From the sequence record SRR2962707_1778: 56,268 nucleotides of DNA. The stretch is one strand, 5' to 3'. This document shows, in pieces, positions 8,166 to 17,226 of the stretch; position 1 is the first letter of the stretch, and each line of letters begins with the position of its first letter. Both the position numbers and the translations under genes were made by a program. The notes under the pieces were generated by a model. It was not told the origin of the DNA, did not search any database, and worked only from the letters and a program-made list of their open reading frames with translations.

Positions 8166-9581
8166 ATGAAATATAACGCTTTGCTCGTCGGCTTAGTGTC
8201 CGCTGGTGTGTTAGCTGGTTGCACTAGCACAATGACAAAAACAGCCGATACGAGTTTTACCACGTCTTTTCCACAAGAGGGCAGTCCGCTGCCTTATCGG
8301 GTTTTACGCAACGACTTATTGGATGCAAGAAGCGGTAAAGTATTTGACATTCGTAACGGTGGCTACGGTTCGGCAATGACAGGGAACCCTCATCATGCCA
8401 ATCAGTTTTATGCGTTAACAGATCGTGGCCCAAATGCCGCTTTTACTGGTGATCTAGGGAAAGGAAAGATGTTCCCTGTAGCGGATTACACGCCTCGTAT
8501 TGGTTTGTTTGAAGTGATGCCAAATGGCGTGATTAAGCAGCGTAAAGATATCCTATTGAAACGCCCAGACGGTACCTTGATAAGCGGTTTGCCCAATTCA
8601 TCCGCGTTAGGCGGAACGGGAGAAACGCCATACGATGCCAAAGGCAATGCCATCTTGGAGAACCCCAACAAGCCATACAATAAAGTCAGCAATCCCATTA
8701 AGTTGGATGATTACGGTCTTGATGGGGAAGGGTTGGTTGCGCTAAAAGATGGCACCTTTTGGGTGAGTGATGAATATGGCCCACACATAGTTCATTTCGA
8801 TGCTAATGGCGTTGAAATGGGTCGTATAAACGCCTTTAAAAACGACAGCAGGGACAGTTTCCATTTGCCTGTGGTATTCCAATATCGTCGCGCGAACCGT
8901 GGTATGGAAGGTTTAGCCATTACACCAGATGAAAAGACGCTGGTGGGCATTATGCAATCGACTTTAGCGAATCCGAATAAAGCCGCGCAAAAAGGGGATT
9001 TAACGCGTCTGGTCAGTATTCGATTAGACAATGGCCAATCTGAGCAGTATTTGTATCGCCAAGAGAAAAAGCAAAATTCGAACTCTGAGCTAGCCGCGCT
9101 CAACAGTCATGAGTTTTTAGTGGATGAACGTGATGGTGGTTTTTTACTTGGCGGATTAGATGGCGACGCTAACCCGAATGTTCAAAAGCATATTTACCGC
9201 ATCGACCTTACGACAGGTACGCCATTGTCTAGCGTCCCTTTATCGTCTTCTATTACACGTGACCCTCGCCATGGGTTGATGATAGACGGATTGACCCTAG
9301 AGCAATTTGTAGAGAAAAAAGGCTGGGCAGCATTGGCCGAAAAAGGCATTAAACCGGTTGAGAAAACCTTGGTGGTAGATGTGGTGAAAGCCGTGAATTA
9401 CCCACACGATAAAATGGAAGGCCTATGGGTGATTGATTCACACCATTTGGGCATTTTAAACGATGACGACTTTGCGACCTGGTCTACAAAAGGTAAGTTA
9501 GAGCAAAAATACCTTGATAAACAGCAAGTGGATGGCAACCGCCTGTACATAATTGATACCGACTTGTTTGCTACAGAGTAG
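8166..9581 (+). CDS. Esterase-like activity of phytase family lipoprotein
   Basis: Lipobox LAGC; ALTDRGPN, DGEG, FWVSDEYGP, NRGMEGLAI, DKMEGL, NDDDF motifs. Confidence 0.88.
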   Translation: MKYNALLVGLVSAGVLAGCTSTMTKTADTSFTTSFPQEGSPLPYRVLRNDLLDARSGKVFDIRNGGYGSAMTGNPHHANQFYALTDRGPNAAFTGDLGKGKMFPVADYTPRIGLFEVMPNGVIKQRKDILLKRPDGTLISGLPNSSALGGTGETPYDAKGNAILENPNKPYNKVSNPIKLDDYGLDGEGLVALKDGTFWVSDEYGPHIVHFDANGVEMGRINAFKNDSRDSFHLPVVFQYRRANRGMEGLAITPDEKTLVGIMQSTLANPNKAAQKGDLTRLVSIRLDNGQSEQYLYRQEKKQNSNSELAALNSHEFLVDERDGGFLLGGLDGDANPNVQKHIYRIDLTTGTPLSSVPLSSSITRDPRHGLMIDGLTLEQFVEKKGWAALAEKGIKPVEKTLVVDVVKAVNYPHDKMEGLWVIDSHHLGILNDDDFATWSTKGKLEQKYLDKQQVDGNRLYIIDTDLFATE

Positions 9582-9732
9582 GCTTGTTCTCTGATTTTGA
9601 GAACTTTTGTCAGAAATTTTGCGTTTTTTAGTGATCATTGAGGATACCGTGAGACAATTTGCTTGGTCTTATTTACGGCTAGCCTCAAGAAGCTTTAGAC
9701 TCGTCTTTATTATTGGTGAAGAGGAGCTTTTT

Positions 9733-9861
9733 ATGAAATCAGCAAAACGAATGATGAAAGCGATGGTGTTAGCGTCCTTGTTAGTCGGGTTAACCGCGTG
9801 TGTGTTTATGCCGCATGGACATCATGGCGGTGGGCACGGTGGTCGAGTACATAGCCGGTAA
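9733..9861 (+). CDS. 42-aa His/Gly-rich lipoprotein
   Basis: GAGGAG RBS before ATG 9733; lipobox LTAC; mature CVFMPHGHHGGGHGGRVHSR; terminator directly after the stop. Confidence 0.7.
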   Translation: MKSAKRMMKAMVLASLLVGLTACVFMPHGHHGGGHGGRVHSR

Positions 9862-9863
9862 TC

Positions 9864-9890
9864 AAAAAAAGCGCAGCGGCGCTTTTTTTT
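9864..9890 (+). terminator. Intrinsic terminator
   Basis: AAAAAAAGCGC-AGCG-GCGCTTTTTTTT. Confidence 0.8.
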
Positions 9891-10127
9891 GTGTCTAGGG
9901 TTTGGGGTTATTCGTATTCGGCCTTTATGATTTAATAGATTGTTTTTTATCAAGAAAAATGGACAAATCAGTATTAATTACGCGCCAAAACAGAAGAAAA
10001 TCCTCAACTATTTTTAGCTTTATGGTAGATTGAAGCAATACAACAGAGTTCGGACCATTATTCGAATAATAACATCACTTAAGATAGATTTGTGGTCGGC
10101 ACAAATCGCGCTTTTAGGGAGCCAAAT

Positions 10128-10862
10128 ATGCGTTTTAAGCACACTAGACTTTTAGCTAGCTCGATTCTACTTGGAGCTATGACAACTCATGCGATGGCCG
10201 CAGAATTTAAAGTCCCAGTTTCATACGAAATTATGTACGTTGACCTTAAAGACACCAGTAAATTTGGTTCTGATTTTGATATTAAACTTGATAAAGGTCA
10301 TCACCAAGTTGTTGTTCGTTATAACCAAAACATCCGCAATAGCGACGATTTAAATCTATACAGATCAGAGCCTATCATCATCGATTTTGATGTAGAGCAA
10401 GACACCAAGCTTGAGCTTAAAGCGCCTTATATCCGCAAAGATCAACAAGCATCGGACTACGCAGACAAACCTACCTTTACTATTGTAGATGCAAAAACTG
10501 GCAGCAAATATGATTACACAGATCAGATGCTTCCGATGAAACCGGGCTTTCAGCCAACACGAAATTACCTAGAAGAAATTAAAGTCTTCACAGGTGTGAA
10601 AGCCGCGAATGCCGCGAGCTCTGCAGCGACTTACGCACCAACACCACCACCAAAAGAAGTGGCTGAAACCAATGAGTTCCAGATGATGCAGTTCTGGTTT
10701 AATAAATCTGACGCGGCAACGCGCAAAGATTTCCGCATCTGGATGGTAGATAATACGCATCAACCAAAAGCGAAAAACACACAATTTGAAATGCTGACAT
10801 TCTGGTTCAATAAAGCCACGCCAACTGAGCGTAAAGCCTTCCAAGTTTGGTTAGTTCAGTAA
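10128..10862 (+). CDS. DUF2057 (YccT/UPF0319)-like exported protein
   Basis: Sec signal ending AMA, GHHQVVVRY and SEPIIIDF segments, C-terminal M-x-FW-x-K-A/S...RK-x-F-x-x-W motif; start moved to ATG 10128 after a GGGAG RBS. Confidence 0.75.
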   Translation: MRFKHTRLLASSILLGAMTTHAMAAEFKVPVSYEIMYVDLKDTSKFGSDFDIKLDKGHHQVVVRYNQNIRNSDDLNLYRSEPIIIDFDVEQDTKLELKAPYIRKDQQASDYADKPTFTIVDAKTGSKYDYTDQMLPMKPGFQPTRNYLEEIKVFTGVKAANAASSAATYAPTPPPKEVAETNEFQMMQFWFNKSDAATRKDFRIWMVDNTHQPKAKNTQFEMLTFWFNKATPTERKAFQVWLVQ

Positions 10863-10882
10863 TTTTGTAGCCTTATAGATGT

Positions 10883-10913
10883 AAAAAAACCTGCCAGAGA
10901 GCAGGTTTTTTTT
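10883..10913. terminator. Bidirectional terminator
   Basis: AAAAAAACCTGC-CAGAGA-GCAGGTTTTTTTT between convergent genes. Confidence 0.88.
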
Positions 10914-10927
10914 CGTTTGGAGATTAT

Positions 10928-11809
10928 TTATACCGCTTTGACGGATGTTTGTGTTACTCGACTTTTAGTAAATTGCTTATTAATCCATAGGGCAAAAAGC
11001 ATGATTGCGCCGCCAATTGAAAGACGTATTAGGTCAGCGTCACGATTCCAAAATATCAGGTTGACTAGGATGCCGGCAGGTATGAGCAGATTGTTAGAAA
11101 TAGCAAGAGTACCAATGTTCACCAGTGTTGCGCCGCGATTCCAAGCAAAATATCCCACCCCAGAAGCAATAATACCAAGGTAGGTTAATATGCCCCACTG
11201 TAATGGTGTTGTTGGTAATTTATCTAAGTCTCCTAGTAACAAAAAGCATGGCGTAACGACTATTAATGCGCCAATAAAGAACCAGCCAAATATGGCTCTT
11301 TGGGGCAAAACGATGGTGCTTTTTGCCATTATCCGTTTATAACCCACTTGACCAACAGCAAAGCAAATATTGGCACCTTGGACAATCAGAAAGCCTTTGA
11401 TAAAGCCTTCATCCACACCTTGGTAGCGAATAGCGACAGCGCCTAAGACAGCAACGCCAGCACTAAAAATAAAGCCTGGGTTAAATTGTTTAGCGAATAG
11501 ACCATTGATCAATGTCACATAGATAGGCGTCAAAACACTAAAGAGTAATACTTCTGGCACGGATAGATATAAAAAGGATTGGTAATAAAAGCCATACATA
11601 ATGCCCAATTGAAAGGCACCACATAGCATCAGTAACAAGGCGGTTTTAGCTTCTATTTGACGCCATTTTAAGAAGGGTAAAAAGACGAGAGTGGCGAGGG
11701 CGACGCGCATTAATACCGAGAACCAAGCATCCACTTGCCCCGCTAGGTAAACGCCGATCAGGCTAAATGAGAATGCCCATAAAAAAGTGACGGCAATAAG
11801 TATTGGCAT
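10928..11809 (-). CDS. yigM: EamA/DMT-family transporter (YigM/BioP-like)
   Basis: About 10 TM segments; N-terminus LWAFSFSLIGVYLAGQVD characteristic of YigM. Confidence 0.85.
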   Translation of the reverse strand: MPILIAVTFLWAFSFSLIGVYLAGQVDAWFSVLMRVALATLVFLPFLKWRQIEAKTALLLMLCGAFQLGIMYGFYYQSFLYLSVPEVLLFSVLTPIYVTLINGLFAKQFNPGFIFSAGVAVLGAVAIRYQGVDEGFIKGFLIVQGANICFAVGQVGYKRIMAKSTIVLPQRAIFGWFFIGALIVVTPCFLLLGDLDKLPTTPLQWGILTYLGIIASGVGYFAWNRGATLVNIGTLAISNNLLIPAGILVNLIFWNRDADLIRLSIGGAIMLFALWINKQFTKSRVTQTSVKAV

Positions 11810-12054
11810 GGTTAAATTCCAGAAAGTTCATCAAAAGTGACGCTAAGTTTAACGACTTTGGTAATTTTGGTAAATCTGTTTACCAAAAATAAAGCACAGG
11901 TTTACTAGTGTGGTTTTTTTGGCAATGCCATTGCTTGGCCGTATAAAACCAGAATGGTGATGGGGTGAGTAACGGATTAGGGCGGCTAAAGAGTTGTTTT
12001 TTATTGATCTATGTTCGGGTTTTGTTGTGCTTGTCGGCTCGCCTCCGGAAAACC

Positions 12055-12068
12055 TTGATCTAGATTAA
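12055..12068. promoter_or_regulatory. FNR/ANR box upstream of ompW
   Basis: TTGAT-CTAG-ATTAA, one mismatch to TTGAT-N4-ATCAA. Confidence 0.65.
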
Positions 12069-12136
12069 GATTTATTCTCATCAGACTTGTTACCTTGCTG
12101 GTCATTGATATTTCGTTTGACCAAAAAAGGAATCTG

Positions 12137-12748
12137 ATGATGAAAGCATTTATCCCTGTTGCCCTTGTTTCTGCTCTTTGCTCTTCTGTTGTGCTTGCTC
12201 ATAATGAAGGCGATTTTTTCGTCCGTGGTGGTGCCGCGATTGTGATGCCGAATGAGAGCAGTGATGACGTTGGTGGTAATGAGCTGAAAATTGATGACGA
12301 CACTCAATTAGCGGCGACCTTTACTTACATGGCAACAGACAATATTGGTGTTGAGCTGTTGTTAGCAACCCCTTTTACGCATGACGTTAAGCTTGACGGT
12401 GATAAAGTTGCCGAGGTGTCTCAATTGCCACCGTCTTTGATGGTGCAATATTATTTTGCTCAAACGGACAGCAAAATCCGTCCTTATGTTGGTGCTGGTG
12501 TGAATTACACTTTCTTCTTTGATGAAAAAGGCAAAGGGGTTTTATCCAGTGATGATATTAACGTAGACGACTCAATGGGTTGGACGGTTCAAGCAGGGGT
12601 GGATGCAAAATTTGCAGAAAACTGGTTTGCGAATGCGTCAATTTGGTACATGGACATTGATACCGATGTGCGTACTGAGTCAGTAGGTACTATCCATACA
12701 GAAATTGACCCTGTCTCCGTTATGCTCGGTGTGGGTTACACCTTTTAA
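12137..12748 (+). CDS. ompW: Outer membrane protein W
   Basis: AH-x-EGDFFVRGG, TDNIGVELLLATPF, LPPSL, RPYVGAGVNYT, C-terminal GYTF; start after AAGGAA RBS. Confidence 0.95.
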   Translation: MMKAFIPVALVSALCSSVVLAHNEGDFFVRGGAAIVMPNESSDDVGGNELKIDDDTQLAATFTYMATDNIGVELLLATPFTHDVKLDGDKVAEVSQLPPSLMVQYYFAQTDSKIRPYVGAGVNYTFFFDEKGKGVLSSDDINVDDSMGWTVQAGVDAKFAENWFANASIWYMDIDTDVRTESVGTIHTEIDPVSVMLGVGYTF

Positions 12749-12769
12749 AATGTGATGTGTTAAACCACT

Positions 12770-12811
12770 AAAGCGCCCCTGTATTGATGTGTCATCATGC
12801 AGGGGCGTTTT
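12770..12811. terminator. Terminator between ompW and the convergent gene
   Basis: CGCCCCTGTA...TGCAGGGGCG stem with A/T flanks. Confidence 0.8.
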
Positions 12812-12815
12812 GTAT

Positions 12816-12854
12816 TGTCTGGAAAAAGTGTCTGGAAAAAGTGTCTGGCAAAAT
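12816..12854. repeat. 13-bp tandem repeat, three copies
   Basis: TGTCTGGAAAAAG twice, then TGTCTGGCAAAAT. Confidence 0.9.
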
Positions 12855-12875
12855 ACGTGTTTATAAAGGCGCGGT

Positions 12876-13814
12876 TTAGAAAATGATTAAGTGCAATACG
12901 CCGCGTAATAGCATGCCGATCAGGCCGCCGTATATGGCCACACGCATCACTTTGTTAATGCGTGTTCCGGCGGCAGCGAAAATAGCAATGCCTGCGATAT
13001 CAAGAGGATTGGTCGCAAATCCAGCCATGCGATTAAGTTCTGTAACGCTAATGGCACCTTGTTTGACTAAGTCGATGGTGATGCCAACGTAAGCGGTGCC
13101 ACCTGCGATAAATTTGGTGACGAGTGGTAAAACACTGGCTTCAGGCAAATGGATTAGGCTAAGAGCTGGGGCTAGAAGAGGCGCTAAATAGTCAATGGCA
13201 TGGAGAGCTTTGAGTAAATTGACAAAAAAGATCGCAATAATCAGCATAGGAATCATGCCGAGCGCCAAGCGCATACCTTCTTGTCCACCGTCAGACAAAA
13301 TCTGTAAGACGCTCTTTTTCCCTTCATAATGAGCGGGGGCGGTATTGTCTTCATCGGTGACTTCTCTACTATCCCAACTTTTTGTGAATAGGTAATAGGT
13401 GACGGCCGCCGCGGCTAACCCACCCACAAACGAAGTCGCGATTAAAATACCGACATTAAGCCCGACAGCGGCTAATGGAAACGCCGCGTTGGCTTGTGAC
13501 ATGGCGAGTACCATCGCGATGGTGGCTGCCAAGTGACGCTCGTTGGTGCCGTTCTTATCCATTAAGGACAAGGTTGCGATGGGCGCGGCAAAACTTACGA
13601 AGGTGATTTTTAACGCGGCAAAAACGCCGAGTCCAGGAATACCAAATAGACGAGTAACTGGTGCAATTTTATCGCATAGCCAACTTAAAACACCTTTAGC
13701 ATCAAGCAGTTTCATAATGGCGAGCATGATAACCATCATGGGCAATAAAATGTACAAGGCCATATCAAGTCCCGCTTTACCGGAGACGAGTACAAGAGAA
13801 ATAAACTGGTCCAT
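12876..13814 (-). CDS. Nucleoside-recognition (Gate) domain membrane protein, SpmA/SpmB-like
   Basis: Two hydrophobic halves joined by a polar linker; Gate-like segments (IAPVTRLFGIPG, LAPALSLIHLP). Confidence 0.7.
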   Translation of the reverse strand: MDQFISLVLVSGKAGLDMALYILLPMMVIMLAIMKLLDAKGVLSWLCDKIAPVTRLFGIPGLGVFAALKITFVSFAAPIATLSLMDKNGTNERHLAATIAMVLAMSQANAAFPLAAVGLNVGILIATSFVGGLAAAAVTYYLFTKSWDSREVTDEDNTAPAHYEGKKSVLQILSDGGQEGMRLALGMIPMLIIAIFFVNLLKALHAIDYLAPLLAPALSLIHLPEASVLPLVTKFIAGGTAYVGITIDLVKQGAISVTELNRMAGFATNPLDIAGIAIFAAAGTRINKVMRVAIYGGLIGMLLRGVLHLIIF

Positions 13815-13968
13815 CAAGTGTTCCTGTTGATAGTAAAAAACAGCAATAGAGCGGCAATGTATAGAAAAAACGCGCTAAATAGAAGGCTTGCTTTGTTTTG
13901 ATCGTTCTTAAACTTCGCCTTGAATACGAGTATGATGCGCAACACCCAACGCAAAAAGAGAATGATTT

Positions 13969-14607
13969 ATGTCTGATACTTGGCTCATGGCATACGAACA
14001 CAAGTGCCGTGATTTTATCGAGCAAGCCAGCATAGCAGATGTCGCCCATGATATTCACCACATAGAGCGAGTGGTTCGCGTCGCCAAAAAATTGGCGCTA
14101 GAAGAAGCGGCAGAGTGGGCGATTGTTGTGCCAGCGGCTTGGTTGCACGATTGCTTTTCTGTGCCGAAGAACCATCCAGATAGAGCCAAAGCGTCAACCA
14201 TAGCGGCCGATAAGGCGGTTGAGTTCTTATCTGATATTGGCTATCCGTCGCAATATCATGCAGCGATTCACCATGCGATACGCGCCCATAGTTTTAGTGC
14301 CAATGTGTCCCCTGAAACGCTAGAAGCTAAAATAGTACAAGATGCCGACCGTCTTGATGCGTTAGGTGCGATTGGCGTGGCGCGTTGCATGCAAGTGAGT
14401 GGCGCGCTTGGGCGTCGTTTGTATTCTTTACACGATCCTTTTTGTGAGCAGCGTCAAGCGGACGATGTCACTTTCAGTATTGATCATTTTTATAAAAAAC
14501 TCTTTCACATTGCTGACACCCTAAATACGAGCGCGGCGCGAAAAGAGGGCAAATCAAGAGAAAACTTCATGCGCGATTTTCTACGCCAGCTGGCTGAAGA
14601 AATCTAA
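13969..14607 (+). CDS. HD-domain phosphohydrolase (YedJ-like)
   Basis: AHDIHHIERV, AWLHD, AHSFSA, QDADRLDALGAIG, DHFYKKL. Confidence 0.9.
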   Translation: MSDTWLMAYEHKCRDFIEQASIADVAHDIHHIERVVRVAKKLALEEAAEWAIVVPAAWLHDCFSVPKNHPDRAKASTIAADKAVEFLSDIGYPSQYHAAIHHAIRAHSFSANVSPETLEAKIVQDADRLDALGAIGVARCMQVSGALGRRLYSLHDPFCEQRQADDVTFSIDHFYKKLFHIADTLNTSAARKEGKSRENFMRDFLRQLAEEI

Positions 14608-14645
14608 TAAAGCCTCTCTCTTCGGCTACCCTTGACGCAATATGG

Positions 14646-15725
14646 TCAGCGTAACACCGCCGCAGATTTGATTTGCGCGATGACGGCCTGACCTTGGTGT
14701 AAATTTAAGCGTTGGGCGGACAAGGCGGTAATGTTGGCCAGAATAGGCGTGTTTCCTGCGAGCATTCTGACCATCATAGTGCTTGAGTCTTGCGGGTCTT
14801 TGATCAGTTCATCGATCAATACCGGTAAGCGATTTAAAATACTTGAATTGTCTGCATGGGAAAGTGAGATGCTGACGTCTCTTGATTGCACTCTTAAGCG
14901 TACAGTGTCGCCTATTTTTTCACGGCCTTGTTTGACCATCATCTGATGATTGTCAAAGTGTAAGGTCGATAGCCCCCATTCATCATTCTGTTCAATAACC
15001 GTGCCTGAGATAAGCACACTGGTGTCTTGACCTTGAGCTAGCGCCGTGGGGGATTGTCCAAGTACGGCTTGGGTTGCGCCTTGCTCGATGACTTTTCCAT
15101 TTTCTAAAATAACCAGATGATCGGCTAGGCGAATGACCTCATCGATAGAGTGGCTAATGTATAGAATGGGAATTTGCACGCGGTGACATAAAGCTTCCAG
15201 ATAAGGGAGTATGTCCTGTTTTAAAGAATCATCTAAAGCGGACAGAGGCTCGTCCATTAGCAATAATTTCGGCTGGATTAATAGCGCACGCGCGATGGCG
15301 ATACGTTGACGTTCCCCTCCCGACAATTGATTTGGGTATTTTGCTAGCAGTGGCTGCAGACCCATTAAGGCGATGACATCCGCATAATCAATGATGGTGC
15401 GCTTGGCGTCGGCTCTTTTTATCGCAAAGTCGAGGTTTCCCTTAGCGGTTAGATGAGGGAATAAGCTGGCTTCTTGAAAAACATAACCTATCGGGCGTTT
15501 GTGGGCAGGGAGCCAGTTTGTTGTGCTTTGCCAGCGTTCACCGTTTAGGCTGATGTCGCTGTTTTCGCTTCTTTCTAAGCCCGCAATACAGCGCAGAAGT
15601 GTTGTTTTACCTGAGCCTGAGCGACCAAATAACGCCGTCACTCCTTGGTTTGGTAAATCTAGATTAACCGATAAAGAAAAATCGTCAGAATGCTGTTTGG
15701 TTAGGCGTATTGTCAAATCAGTCAT
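14646..15725 (-). CDS. modC: Molybdate ABC transporter ATPase
   Basis: GRSGSGKT, LSGGERQR, LLLMDEP, C-terminal SILN...AQIKS TOBE/Mop domain. Confidence 0.96.
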   Translation of the reverse strand: MTDLTIRLTKQHSDDFSLSVNLDLPNQGVTALFGRSGSGKTTLLRCIAGLERSENSDISLNGERWQSTTNWLPAHKRPIGYVFQEASLFPHLTAKGNLDFAIKRADAKRTIIDYADVIALMGLQPLLAKYPNQLSGGERQRIAIARALLIQPKLLLMDEPLSALDDSLKQDILPYLEALCHRVQIPILYISHSIDEVIRLADHLVILENGKVIEQGATQAVLGQSPTALAQGQDTSVLISGTVIEQNDEWGLSTLHFDNHQMMVKQGREKIGDTVRLRVQSRDVSISLSHADNSSILNRLPVLIDELIKDPQDSSTMMVRMLAGNTPILANITALSAQRLNLHQGQAVIAQIKSAAVLR

Positions 15726-15727
15726 TA

Positions 15728-16423
15728 TTAATAAGGCCCAAAATGAGGGGTGCTTTTAGTGCGTTTTTGCAGCGAATAAAGCAGCGCTAAAACACAAAAA
15801 GCAAAGGCCACCATAAGCAAGGAGAGGAGATGGGCTTGGCCGTATTCTAGCGCTTCTACATGGTCGTAAATCTGCACAGAAAGCACGCGTGTTTCCCCTT
15901 CGATATTACCGCCAATCATCAAAATAACGCCAAATTCCCCTACGGTGTGGGCAAAGCCCAGCACCGCCGCGCTAAGGTAACCGGGTTTTGCCAGAGGAAG
16001 CGCGACGTGGATAAAACGGTCCCAAGGGGAAGCTCGTAATGTGGCTGCGACTTCTAATGGACGTTGACCCATGGCTGAGAATGCATTTTGAATGGGTTGC
16101 ACCACAAAGGGCAAAGAATAAATCATGGAAGCGACAACTAAGCCACTAAAGCTAAAGGGCAGGGGCGACAGCCCGAGCGAGTCTAGCGCTGAGCCGAGCG
16201 TACCATCAGGGCCTAGAAAAAGCAGTAAATAAAACCCTAGTACGGTGGGCGGCAACACCAATGGCATAGCGACAATGGCGTTGATCGGCGCTTTTAACCA
16301 AGATTGCGTACGCGCCAGCCACCAAGCAATCGGTGTGCTTATGATTAATAACAAACTGGTGACCAATACCGCAAGCTTCAGCGTTAGCCAAATTGCTTCT
16401 AGGTCACCTGGGCTTAATGACAT
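15728..16423 (-). CDS. modB: Molybdate ABC transporter permease
   Basis: PLVLPPTVLGFYLL, FAHTVGEFGVILMIGGNI. Confidence 0.96.
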   Translation of the reverse strand: MSLSPGDLEAIWLTLKLAVLVTSLLLIISTPIAWWLARTQSWLKAPINAIVAMPLVLPPTVLGFYLLLFLGPDGTLGSALDSLGLSPLPFSFSGLVVASMIYSLPFVVQPIQNAFSAMGQRPLEVAATLRASPWDRFIHVALPLAKPGYLSAAVLGFAHTVGEFGVILMIGGNIEGETRVLSVQIYDHVEALEYGQAHLLSLLMVAFAFCVLALLYSLQKRTKSTPHFGPY

Positions 16424-16435
16424 GCTAAAAAGCCT

Positions 16436-17221
16436 TTATTGTGGCGTTGTCTGGTAGCCAAAGCTGGCAATTTTTTGCTGGATATCAGCGCGCATTAAAA
16501 AGGCTAAAAAGGCGTTGGCGACTTCTTTTTGATGAGAGCTTGACAGTACCACAGCGGACTGTTTGATGGCGCTGTGATAGGAATTAGGCACTTTCCAATA
16601 GTGGCCTTTTACGTCACCAGCAAGCACTTGGGATAAGGCAACAAAGCCCACATCGGCATTTTTACTGTAGGTAAATTGATAGGTTTGCCCAATATTTTCC
16701 CCTTGCACCAGTTTGCTTTTCAGCTTAGACCAGAGCGCCAGTTTGGTGAGCGTTTCTTTTGCCGCTTTACCATAAGGCGCCAATTTAGGGTTCGCAATGG
16801 CGATTTTTCGAGCCTCTAGTAGGGTCTTGTCTACGGGTTCTACTGATTTAAGGCTGGCTGACCAAAGAGCAAGCGCCCCTTTTGCGTAAATGATTTGGCT
16901 GCTTTCTAGCGCTAAGCCTTTTTCAATCAGCTTGTCGGGTTTGGCTTGGTCGGCAGAAAGAAAAACGTCAAAAGGCGCGCCGTGTTGAATTTGTGCAAAG
17001 AACTTACCCGATGAGCCAAAGGAAAGTTGTATTTTGTGCCCTGTTTCTTGTTCGAAAATAGGCGCCAGTTTTTGAATTGGCGACGTGAAATTTGACGCTA
17101 CCGCTAGGCGTAAAGGTTCGGCAAAAGCGATGCCAGTAAAAGCGATAAAGCCGCCTAGGGTAATGATTTTCAGCAGCGATGTGAACACAGTGCTGTTCTT
17201 TTTGATTAAAGCATGGAGCAT
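16436..17221 (-). CDS. modA: Molybdate-binding periplasmic protein
   Basis: AVASNF, FGSSGK, QIQHGAPFDVFLSA, IANPKLAPYG; exact start uncertain. Confidence 0.95.
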   Translation of the reverse strand: MLHALIKKNSTVFTSLLKIITLGGFIAFTGIAFAEPLRLAVASNFTSPIQKLAPIFEQETGHKIQLSFGSSGKFFAQIQHGAPFDVFLSADQAKPDKLIEKGLALESSQIIYAKGALALWSASLKSVEPVDKTLLEARKIAIANPKLAPYGKAAKETLTKLALWSKLKSKLVQGENIGQTYQFTYSKNADVGFVALSQVLAGDVKGHYWKVPNSYHSAIKQSAVVLSSSHQKEVANAFLAFLMRADIQQKIASFGYQTTPQ

Positions 17222-17226
17222 AGTTA

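Noticed and set aside
9607-9732. Upstream extension of the small lipoprotein ORF (TTG start)
   Set aside because: The RBS and signal peptide place the start at ATG 9733
12816-12854. Possible CRISPR repeat
   Set aside because: 13-bp units with no spacers and no cas genes
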